Assembly (NCBI GenBank): GCA_964508175.1
Contig: CAZDRU010000042.1
Coordinates: 53,261-117,260, forward strand
DNA from: an uncultured Dehalococcoidia bacterium
GTDB taxonomy: Bacteria > Chloroflexota > Dehalococcoidia > Lucifugimonadales > CAZDRU01
Length of the DNA stretch: 64,000 nt
Direction: 5' to 3'
Part shown: one piece after another, positions 56,178 to 64,000 of the stretch
Position numbering within the stretch: position 1 is the stretch's first letter
How the letters are laid out: every line of letters begins with the position of its first letter
Notes under the pieces: generated by a model
What the model was told of the DNA's origin: nothing
The model's database searches: none
What the model saw: only the letters and a program-made list of their open reading frames with translations
Translations under genes and position numbers: made by a program

Positions 56178-58751
56178 ATGAACGAAAAACCAGAATTACG
56201 TTTGTCAAACAACATCGAACCTACAAATTATGACATTACTCTTGAACCTGATCTTACTAATGCATCTTTTACAGGAAATGCTTCGATAAACTTAAAAGTT
56301 AATAAACAAACAAACAAGATAAATTTTCATGCCAATGATTTGGATGTTAAAAATATAGAACTCCAATTAAAAAATAAAAAAATCACACCAAAAGATATTA
56401 CCTTTCAAAAAGATTTAGAAGAAATAACCCTTATCTTTGATGAACTAATAAACCCTGGGACGATAAAACTTTCTTTATCTTTCTCGGGGAAATTAAATGA
56501 TCAACTACGTGGATTTTACCGTAGTACTTATACAAAAGAAAATGGCGAAAAGGAATTTTTAGCAACAACACAATTTGAAGCAACAGATGCACGAAGAGCT
56601 TTTCCTTGTTGGGATGAACCAAATTTTAAAGCAACATTCAAAATAAAATTAATCGTCTCTTCAGAATATGAAGCTTTATCCAATATGGCATTAGAAAAAA
56701 AAGCAGATCTAGGAAATGGGAAAATAAGTTTTACATTTAAACAAAGTCCTGTAATGTCTACATATCTTTTAGCATTTATAGTTGGAAAGATGTCATGTAT
56801 TCAAGCAAAAGCTCCAAGTGGAACACTTGTAAGAATTTGGGCTACAACAGGAAAAGAATCCCAGGGGAAATTTGCATTGGAAAATGCAATAAATATTCTG
56901 GAAGTTATGAATAATTATTTCGGAATAAATTATCCTCTTGAGAAATTAGATCATATAGCGATACCAGATTTCGCTGCTGGCGCAATGGAAAATTGGGGAG
57001 CCATAACATATAGAGAAACTTTATTGCTTTTCGATCCACAAAAATCTTCTTCTGTCACAAAACAGAGAATTTTAGAAGTGATGTCTCATGAAACTGCTCA
57101 TATGTGGTTCGGAGATTTGGTTACCATGCATTGGTGGGATGATTTATGGCTTAATGAAAGCTTTGCTACATGGATGGGGGATAAAGTCGTAAGCGAGTTA
57201 TATCCCGAATGGGACATATGGACTCAATTTTTCTCTCATGACACAAACACTGCATTAGCATTAGATGGACTAAGAAATTCACATCCTATTGAAGCTCATG
57301 TAAATAGTGGAGCGGAAATCAGAGAATTATTTGATGCAATTAGTTATAGTAAAGGTGGATCCGTTCTTAGAATGTTAGAACAACTAATTGGTATAAACAA
57401 ATTTAAAAACGGAATTCAAGAATACATCAAAAAACACGAATATGATAATGCATCAACAAAAGATTTATGGACAGCATTAGAAAAATATTCATCTCTACCT
57501 ATAACTAAAATCGTTTCAACTTGGACTCAACAAACAGGATATCCTTTAGTAACTTTTGAAGAAATTAAAAAAAATCAAACTCCTGGACTAGAAATCAGAC
57601 AAAAACGTTTTACTTATGATAATTTACTAAAAAAATCTACTGACAATGAAATTTGGCAAATCCCTATTAGTATCAAAACTAGTAATAATTCTAATACGAT
57701 TAATTTTATGTTATCTGAAAAGAAAGAATTCAAAGAATTAAATTCTTTAGAAAAACAAACCTGGTTGAAAATGAATTATAATCAAACCGGATTTTACCGA
57801 GTAAGATACTCTCAAAAACAAATAAACTCTATTAAATCTGCAATTAAAAATCACGACATACCAGCAATAGACAGATTAGGAATTCAAAACGACTCTTATG
57901 CTCTTTGTAAAGCTGGTTTTGTAAAAGCTAATCTATATCTAGACCTTTTAAAATCGTATCGTAATGAAATAAATGCCATTGTCTGGGAAGATATTGCGTC
58001 AAATTTAATTAGCTTTGAACGATTAATATGGGATCAAGATTATCTTAATGAATTTGATAAATTCTGCATGAATATTTATAGTGAAATATCAAAAAAAATA
58101 AACTGGGAAAAAGAAAAAGACGAAAATCATTTAAAAACACTTTTACGCAACACAATATTGACTCAATTAGGTCATCATGGAGATAAAAAAACTATTGAAA
58201 CAGCGAATATTTTATTTAAGCAATTTTTATCAAAAGAAAATTCCATAAATCCAGATTTGCATGCTATTATCTTCCGATTAATCGCACAAGATTCAAATGA
58301 AGAAAACTACGAAACTTTATGGGAATTATATCAAAAAGAATCACTACACGAACAAAAACTTAGATTACTACTTGGAATGTCACAATTTAATTCTAAGAAG
58401 TTAATTACTTTAACTCTTGAACGTTCACTTGGGAATCTCATAAGAAGCCAAGACACTCCATTAGTTTTAATGTCTATAGGAGCATCTAGTAAAATAGGAC
58501 GAGATTTAACGTGGGCATTTATTAAAGAAAATTGGGAAGAACTAGATAGACGTTATGGAGATGGAGGATTTTCAATTGTAAGAATTATTTCATTAACAAG
58601 CACATTTACATCTACCGATAAATACAATGAAGTAAAAGATTTCTTTGTCAAAAATCCCGCTCCTTCAGCAGAAAGAGCGATACAACAATCTCTCGAACGA
58701 ATATCAAACAATGCAAAATGGCTTGATATTAATCATTCAAATATTTTTTAA
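56178..58751 (+). CDS. pepN: M1-family aminopeptidase N
   Basis: GAMENWG exopeptidase motif, HETAHMWFGDLVT...WLNESFA zinc site, long ERAP1-like C-terminal domain. Confidence 0.9.
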   Translation: MNEKPELRLSNNIEPTNYDITLEPDLTNASFTGNASINLKVNKQTNKINFHANDLDVKNIELQLKNKKITPKDITFQKDLEEITLIFDELINPGTIKLSLSFSGKLNDQLRGFYRSTYTKENGEKEFLATTQFEATDARRAFPCWDEPNFKATFKIKLIVSSEYEALSNMALEKKADLGNGKISFTFKQSPVMSTYLLAFIVGKMSCIQAKAPSGTLVRIWATTGKESQGKFALENAINILEVMNNYFGINYPLEKLDHIAIPDFAAGAMENWGAITYRETLLLFDPQKSSSVTKQRILEVMSHETAHMWFGDLVTMHWWDDLWLNESFATWMGDKVVSELYPEWDIWTQFFSHDTNTALALDGLRNSHPIEAHVNSGAEIRELFDAISYSKGGSVLRMLEQLIGINKFKNGIQEYIKKHEYDNASTKDLWTALEKYSSLPITKIVSTWTQQTGYPLVTFEEIKKNQTPGLEIRQKRFTYDNLLKKSTDNEIWQIPISIKTSNNSNTINFMLSEKKEFKELNSLEKQTWLKMNYNQTGFYRVRYSQKQINSIKSAIKNHDIPAIDRLGIQNDSYALCKAGFVKANLYLDLLKSYRNEINAIVWEDIASNLISFERLIWDQDYLNEFDKFCMNIYSEISKKINWEKEKDENHLKTLLRNTILTQLGHHGDKKTIETANILFKQFLSKENSINPDLHAIIFRLIAQDSNEENYETLWELYQKESLHEQKLRLLLGMSQFNSKKLITLTLERSLGNLIRSQDTPLVLMSIGASSKIGRDLTWAFIKENWEELDRRYGDGGFSIVRIISLTSTFTSTDKYNEVKDFFVKNPAPSAERAIQQSLERISNNAKWLDINHSNIF

Positions 58752-58760
58752 TAAAATTTA

Positions 58761-59834
58761 TTAAATATGTTTGACTTTTATTTGTTTTTTTAAATCGTTT
58801 GATTCGTAAATTGCATCCAAAATATAAAAATTATTTAATATATCATCAGCAGACACTGGTGGAGGATTCTCATTTTGTCCTGCTGTTAAAAACTTCCGTA
58901 TAAAATCAAGTCCATACAAACCTCCATAGCCAGATGGAACCATATCAACAGGAGAATAAGAATAACAAATCTGTTTCGAGTGATTCCATGGAGATTTTGT
59001 GCTTTCCAGAAAAACTGCAGATTTGTCACCTTTTCGTTCAATCCAAATTCCACCTTCAGTTCCTCTAATAGCTATTGGAATTTGTGTTGATACACCTTCT
59101 TCTCCCTTTTCTATGGGAATTAAAAATCCAGCATGTAAAGTTGCTATCATTCCATTCGAAAGTTCCATTGATACGGATGCTACATCTTCTACCGTTATAT
59201 CTTCTCCACTTAACGTCCTACATATCGCAGTAACATTATCAACTTCTTCACTAGTAAGATAACGAAGTATATCTAGTTGATGACATCCTAACCAACTAAG
59301 AATTCCTCCACCTGCCAATTTTTTTTGAAAATACCAACCTTTAGGATTTCTTGAATTAACAGTTGAAGTAATAATCTCAAGTTGTGCTGATTGTAATCTT
59401 CCAATTGCACCAGCTTCAATTAAACTTTTTATCTTTTGACTTTCTGGTTTCCATCTATTTGTGTAATGCATACTAAGAATTAAATTATTGTCTTTAGCAT
59501 ATTTTGCAACTGGTTCAAAAGCTTTCGCATTTAAAGCACCTGGTTTATCTGCAATAACATGTTTGCCGGATTGTAACACTTCTAAAATCAATGAAGGACA
59601 TTCATGATTTTCTGCAAGTACTTGAGCATGTTTAATATTATCGTTATTTAATACAGAATTAATATCAGTCGAAACAGCTTTGATTTTGTCTCCTTTCTGA
59701 TATTGATTTAATAAATCTGGATCTTTATCTACTAAAAATATATTATCGATTTCGTCCATTAGTTGTAATGTCTCTAAATGCCCCCTAAAATGCCCATGTT
59801 TTATTCCTATTATCCCAATGTCGAATTTCATCAT
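58761..59834 (-). CDS. Gfo/Idh/MocA-family oxidoreductase
   Basis: IGIIGIKHGH, VIADKPGA, dimerisation-domain-sized C-terminus. Confidence 0.7.
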   Translation of the reverse strand: MMKFDIGIIGIKHGHFRGHLETLQLMDEIDNIFLVDKDPDLLNQYQKGDKIKAVSTDINSVLNNDNIKHAQVLAENHECPSLILEVLQSGKHVIADKPGALNAKAFEPVAKYAKDNNLILSMHYTNRWKPESQKIKSLIEAGAIGRLQSAQLEIITSTVNSRNPKGWYFQKKLAGGGILSWLGCHQLDILRYLTSEEVDNVTAICRTLSGEDITVEDVASVSMELSNGMIATLHAGFLIPIEKGEEGVSTQIPIAIRGTEGGIWIERKGDKSAVFLESTKSPWNHSKQICYSYSPVDMVPSGYGGLYGLDFIRKFLTAGQNENPPPVSADDILNNFYILDAIYESNDLKKQIKVKHI

Positions 59835-59866
59835 ATTATTCTCCTTATGTTATTAATTATTGTTAA

Positions 59867-60052
59867 CTATTTCCCGAATCTAAAACCGAATACAAATGCG
59901 TTACGCATAAAAAAACGTAGATAGATTTTACGTCCAACAAGATTTGATATGTTCTTACCTTTCCATGTTACAGGATGATCAAAATCATCAAGAAATAGAT
60001 GTGTTTGTTCTTGAAAATTATCTGGCTTACTTAAATAATAGTCATTAATCAT
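59867..60052 (-). other. 61-codon ORF resembling only the C-terminal strands of the 35977-37509 protein. Possible gene remnant.
   Basis: VTWKGKNISNLVGRKIYLRFFMRNAFVFGFRF aligns by eye with QTWNGKSLNELRGKNIRFKFCLSNAELFSFKS (12 identities in 32 plus conservative matches). There is no homologous coding sequence upstream of it. Confidence 0.3.
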
Positions 60053-60216
60053 ATTTAATTATTCCATCTTTAATTTTCATGATATTATTTTTGTATATAT
60101 AAAAATAATATCAAAAGAATCAAACTATCTTAGAATAAATACTATTAAAGATCAAAATATCATAGTATTTGGATTGTTTTATATTTTCATTATGCTACTA
60201 CTAAGGAGTTTATGAG

Positions 60217-61194
60217 ATGCAAATTCTTATTACTGGAATAACAGGAAGAATCGGTGCAAATATTGCAGCAGCCCTAGTCAAAAAAGGACATCAAGTAAAA
60301 GGACTTGTTTGGCCTAGAGATCCAAGAATATCCAAACTTAAAACATTGGGAATTACTCTTATAGAAGGAAGCTTAACAAAACAAAAAGATGTTGAAAAAA
60401 CAGTCAAAGATAGCGAAATAATTTATCATCTCGGAGCAGCTTTTCAAGGAGGAGGTCCATTTACGAATGAAGAATATTTTGACATCAACGTAAAAGGCAC
60501 TTTCTATATGCTTGAAGCTGCTAAAGAAAATAAATCATTAAAACAATTTATATTTGCAAGCAGTGATGCTCTATACGATAAATATTTGCCAGAAGGAATG
60601 AAAAATCCAATAAAAGAAGACACAATGGCTAGAAAACCTGCCGGTTGGTATCCACTATCAAAATCTATAGGCGAAGAAATGTGTAATAGTTATATTTTTG
60701 AAAACAATTTGCCAATTACTATACTTAGATTCGCAAAAGTAGAAGGTGCAGGTGAAATAATTGATTTTCCACAATTTTATTTGAGTAACTTTAAAAATGA
60801 CCTTAATTTAAAACATCTTTGGAACGGCAAAGAAAAACTGATTATTTTACGTACTAAAAATGGCCTCTCTTTCAAAAAACATATTGCAGAAGTGCGAGAT
60901 ATTACGGATGGATGTCTATGTGCTTTTAATAACTCAAAATCATTTGGAGAAACATTTCAACTGGCTGGACCAAAACCATTTTCATGGGAAGAAACTATTC
61001 CATATTTATCAAAAAAACTTAATTTACCTTTTGTTGAAGGAACTCCAGAAGGACCTCCTACTTTTTATGAATTTGACATATCAAAATCAAAAAATATTCT
61101 AGGATTTAATCCCAAATATGATATCAAAGAAATGATTGAGGAAGCCCTAAAATTCAAGAGTGGAAAATCTTCTAATATCCTACCAACGGATTAA
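60217..61194 (+). CDS. NAD-dependent epimerase/dehydratase (extended SDR)
   Basis: ILITGITGRIG, SSDALY, YPLSK (YxxxK). AAGGAG RBS 8 nt upstream. Confidence 0.75.
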   Translation: MQILITGITGRIGANIAAALVKKGHQVKGLVWPRDPRISKLKTLGITLIEGSLTKQKDVEKTVKDSEIIYHLGAAFQGGGPFTNEEYFDINVKGTFYMLEAAKENKSLKQFIFASSDALYDKYLPEGMKNPIKEDTMARKPAGWYPLSKSIGEEMCNSYIFENNLPITILRFAKVEGAGEIIDFPQFYLSNFKNDLNLKHLWNGKEKLIILRTKNGLSFKKHIAEVRDITDGCLCAFNNSKSFGETFQLAGPKPFSWEETIPYLSKKLNLPFVEGTPEGPPTFYEFDISKSKNILGFNPKYDIKEMIEEALKFKSGKSSNILPTD

Positions 61195-61211
61195 GTCAAA
61201 AATAAGTTTAA

Positions 61212-62021
61212 TCACCCCAGATTTGAACGCTTGAAGTGTCTAAAAAACGTCTCTGGCACTCTACGAGCATCTTCTAATACATCTGCCTTCAGATCTGCTA
61301 TGACCATTTCTTGTTTATTAGTGTATTTACCAGTAGCAATCACATCACCTTTGGGGTCACACACGAATGTAACGCCTGAAAATTTAATACCGTTAGAATT
61401 ATCACCAACTTGATTACATACTGCTACAAATAGAGTATTGTCATATGCTCTCGCAGGCATATATTTTAACCAACGTTTTTTCTTTTCAGAAGCAGTTTCC
61501 ATCGCTCCTGAAGCATGTGGCATGAAAATTAGTTCTGCACCTCGATCTGCAAGCATAGCCGTGAGCTCTGGAAAATGAGAATCATAGCATATTTCTATCC
61601 CAAATTTCACTTTGGGATGATCAAATACTGGCAGCATATCTCCTTGACTCCATGTACATATTTCGGTAGTTGGCACATGCGTTTTTCGGTATATGCCAGC
61701 AACACCATTTGGAGAACATACCACTTGTGTATTGTAAACAATTCCATCGCCACCTCGTTCTAAAATACCTGACAAAAACCATATATTATAGTCTCTCGAT
61801 AACCGTTCCAAACGATCGGTAATTTTACTAGGAATAGGTTGTGGTTGTGGATTATACGAATCACCAGGATTATATCCACTTATAGATAATTCGGGAAAAC
61901 AAACTATGTCTACACTGTTCGATGCGGCTTGCTTTAGAAAAGATTCCATTATGGTGATATTACTGGAGGTATCTCCAACTGCGCATTGCATCTGTACCAT
62001 TCCTATACGTAAATCTTTCAA
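61212..62021 (-). CDS. Carbon-nitrogen hydrolase (nitrilase superfamily)
   Basis: Glu-Lys-Cys triad context: CFPELSISGY, YRKTHV, GIEICYDSHFPE. Confidence 0.8.
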   Translation of the reverse strand: MKDLRIGMVQMQCAVGDTSSNITIMESFLKQAASNSVDIVCFPELSISGYNPGDSYNPQPQPIPSKITDRLERLSRDYNIWFLSGILERGGDGIVYNTQVVCSPNGVAGIYRKTHVPTTEICTWSQGDMLPVFDHPKVKFGIEICYDSHFPELTAMLADRGAELIFMPHASGAMETASEKKKRWLKYMPARAYDNTLFVAVCNQVGDNSNGIKFSGVTFVCDPKGDVIATGKYTNKQEMVIADLKADVLEDARRVPETFFRHFKRSNLG

Positions 62022-62175
62022 AGCAACCTCCTTAAAAAATAAAACATATTTCCGATTCTATTATTCAAAAATCTAAATACATCTATCTCTACGAATTATT
62101 TTTATCAAATATAAAAATTTAGACTATATAACAAATTACACTTTTCTAATTATCTATAATAAAATGCAATCGATT

Positions 62176-62940
62176 TTATCTTAAAGAATTCACTTTAGAA
62201 ATATAGGTTTTGGCATTTTCCAATAACCATGGACCCCAATTAACCCCTATAAAGTTAACTCCTATTTTTTCAAGATATTCTATGGTATTAACATCACCAA
62301 GCATTCCAGCATTTCTGCCAGATTCACGAATTTGATAAATTGTGCTTTCTATAACTTTTTTTACTTCTGGGTGATTTTGTTGTCCAACATATCCCATTGT
62401 TTGAGCTAAATCACCAGGAGCAACAAAAAAAACATCTATATCATTGACAGTTAAAATTTCCTTGAGATTATTAACTGCCGTAACTTCCTCAATCAATACG
62501 GTAAGAAAAATTTGATCGTTAACTTCTTCATAGTATTTCAAAGGATCAAGTCCATATGATTGTCTGCTTGCATAAACTCCGCGTTCGCCTATTGGACCAA
62601 ATTTCGCACCTTTAACAACTTTTTCTGCATCATTTTTCGTATTAACATGTGGAACACAAATACCTGTTGCACCCTGATCTAATGTTCTACCTATTAATGT
62701 AGTATCATTTTTATTGACCCTAACTATTGATGTCATACCCCACAAATCCGCAGCTCTCGTAACATTTTGTATATCACCCCACGTAAATGGACCATGTTCA
62801 CATTCAATCCAAGCTGCATCAAACCCTATAGGACCTAAAAAATCAATCATATCTGCAGAATTATTTGGACCCATTATCACAGATGCGATACCACCACTAT
62901 TTAATGTTGCTTTAGCTTTATTTATTTTTAAGTTATTCAT
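62176..62940 (-). CDS. HpcH/HpaI-family (class II, 2-keto-3-deoxy-acid) aldolase
   Basis: GFDAAWIECEHGPF, IVRVN, VLIEE, FVAPGDLA. Confidence 0.8.
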   Translation of the reverse strand: MNNLKINKAKATLNSGGIASVIMGPNNSADMIDFLGPIGFDAAWIECEHGPFTWGDIQNVTRAADLWGMTSIVRVNKNDTTLIGRTLDQGATGICVPHVNTKNDAEKVVKGAKFGPIGERGVYASRQSYGLDPLKYYEEVNDQIFLTVLIEEVTAVNNLKEILTVNDIDVFFVAPGDLAQTMGYVGQQNHPEVKKVIESTIYQIRESGRNAGMLGDVNTIEYLEKIGVNFIGVNWGPWLLENAKTYISKVNSLR

Positions 62941-62952
62941 AATTATTTACTA

Positions 62953-63924
62953 TTAAAATCCTTCTTTTTTATTACATAGATTAATTAATTGTTGATTATT
63001 AATATATTTTTTTAAATTAGTAATAAACACATCTTGTCGCCCCTCATACAAACTTGGGATTTCAGCAGAAATATGTGGAGAAATAACTACATTTGGCAAT
63101 GTCCAAAATGGATTGTCTTTACCAACTGGCTCTTCAACAAATGCATCAAATGCTGCTCCTGCAAGTTTACCTTGTTTTAAAGCATCATATAAAGCGGTCT
63201 CTTCTACAATCCCTCCACGAGAAATTACAATCAGATTTGCACTAGTTTTCATTTTTTGCAAATCTGATTGTCCAATTATTCCACGTGTTTTTTCAGTATA
63301 AGGTGCTGCTATAACAAGCCAATCAGATTCTTTAAGCATAGTATCCATACCTTCTAAGCCAAGCACTTCTATAGGAAGTGAATTGTCATTTTTAGGATAT
63401 GCATCTACTGCAATTACCCGCATATCAAAAGCTAAAGCTCTCTTCGCTACAGCTTTTCCTATATCTCCAAATCCAAAAATACCCATGGATTGTCCTTGTA
63501 AATCGGTAAATACGCCTCGATATTTACCCGAATCCCAAATCTGCTTTTGCTGATCTTCAAATTGGGGATACATTTTATGAGCCAAACATAACATGAAAAG
63601 AACAACATGATTAGCCATTGGAGAAACATGTGGGCCTCTAGCATTCGTAACTACAATATCACTGTCTACGAGTTCTGGTATTTCAGTTAATTCATTAATT
63701 CCAGCTCCGGGACAATGAACCCATTTCAATTTATGTGGATTTAAAAAAATTTCACGTTGAGGCCACCCAAAAAAAATTTCAGCATCTACTGAAGCTTCTA
63801 TCGCCTCATCTAATTTACTAGCAACTTTAAATTCTACATCTGGAAATTCTGTTTGTAATTTAACAATGAACTCTTCGGTTACTAAATTACCCCCGCCTTT
63901 TCTACTCTCTAAAACAACTTTCAT
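62953..63924 (-). CDS. D-isomer-specific 2-hydroxyacid dehydrogenase
   Basis: GIFGFGDIGKAVAKRA NAD motif, ISRGGIV, ISPHIS (catalytic His). Confidence 0.8.
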   Translation of the reverse strand: MKVVLESRKGGGNLVTEEFIVKLQTEFPDVEFKVASKLDEAIEASVDAEIFFGWPQREIFLNPHKLKWVHCPGAGINELTEIPELVDSDIVVTNARGPHVSPMANHVVLFMLCLAHKMYPQFEDQQKQIWDSGKYRGVFTDLQGQSMGIFGFGDIGKAVAKRALAFDMRVIAVDAYPKNDNSLPIEVLGLEGMDTMLKESDWLVIAAPYTEKTRGIIGQSDLQKMKTSANLIVISRGGIVEETALYDALKQGKLAGAAFDAFVEEPVGKDNPFWTLPNVVISPHISAEIPSLYEGRQDVFITNLKKYINNQQLINLCNKKEGF

Positions 63925-64000
63925 GAAAACATCTCCAATTAATTATTATATTTATCCACCCACTTTAATCCGTTATTTCAAATGTTTCAACTTTAAATAT

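Noticed and set aside
1-64000. Mobile elements, prophage or defence islands, CRISPR arrays, tRNA/rRNA genes, or alternative genetic-code usage.
   Set aside because: I saw no transposase, integrase or phage-like ORFs, no repeat-spacer arrays and no tRNA-like T-arm or acceptor patterns in intergenic regions. TGA, TAA and TAG all terminate conserved genes at the expected positions. This was a visual scan only, so small ncRNAs cannot be excluded.

Overview
Visibly AT-rich (roughly one-third G+C by eye, not computed), very gene-dense chromosomal segment. It looks like the core genome of a streamlined, probably marine, free-living bacterium. The gene content is Terrabacteria-like: YacL-ispD-ispF-cysS synteny, ClpC, GatB, NiSOD and many Gfo/Idh/MocA, ThuA and TIM-barrel genes. 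That fits a Chloroflexota (SAR202-like) or Actinobacteriota origin, but this is a weak guess. I can support about 66 protein-coding genes. Many have 0-15 nt spacers or ATGA/TAATG overlaps. By eye I found no rRNA, tRNA, CRISPR array, transposase or integrase, and no obvious compositional island.

Contents in order:
- dnaE (3' part), alaS, ruvX, then a shikimate block: aroE, aroC and an aroK-aroB fusion.
- A TauE-like permease and tgt.
- A CysO-like sulfur carrier, a stand-alone NIL domain and a ThrC-like enzyme.
- A purine-salvage block: guaC, an hpt-like gene and a BMP-type nucleoside ABC transporter.
- An hspR-like repressor and clpC, then NAD-dependent formate dehydrogenase.
- yacL-ispD-ispF-cysS, an E1 alpha/beta pair with no E2 nearby, secG and gatB.
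- NiSOD (sodN) with its maturation protease, an aquaporin and a cupin.
- A surface MA-type metallopeptidase and an Asp-box beta-propeller protein.
- An SDR gene broken by one in-frame TAA, then qor, pirin and mpg.
- A Gfo/ThuA/Gfo/TIM-barrel operon that runs directly into a His/Asp-rich lipoprotein and a 12-TM unknown membrane protein.
- rplU-rpmA-rpmE, DUF1385, a PHP-like hydrolase and trhO.
- hisH-hisA-hisF-HAD-hisIE preceded by a PduO-type adenosyltransferase, then trmH-like and pepN.
- A final oxidoreductase, epimerase, CN-hydrolase, aldolase and 2-hydroxyacid dehydrogenase group.

The candidates I consider most worth follow-up:
1. The His-rich lipoprotein plus 12-TM protein pair at 45212-47158.
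2. The CysO-like/NIL/ThrC-like cassette at 10683-12474.
3. The HAD gene embedded in the his operon, which has a dehalogenase-type motif I.
4. The in-frame TAA in the SDR gene.
5. The ThuA/Gfo/TIM-barrel operon.

All functional calls rest on my reading of motifs in the supplied translations. No database search was run.
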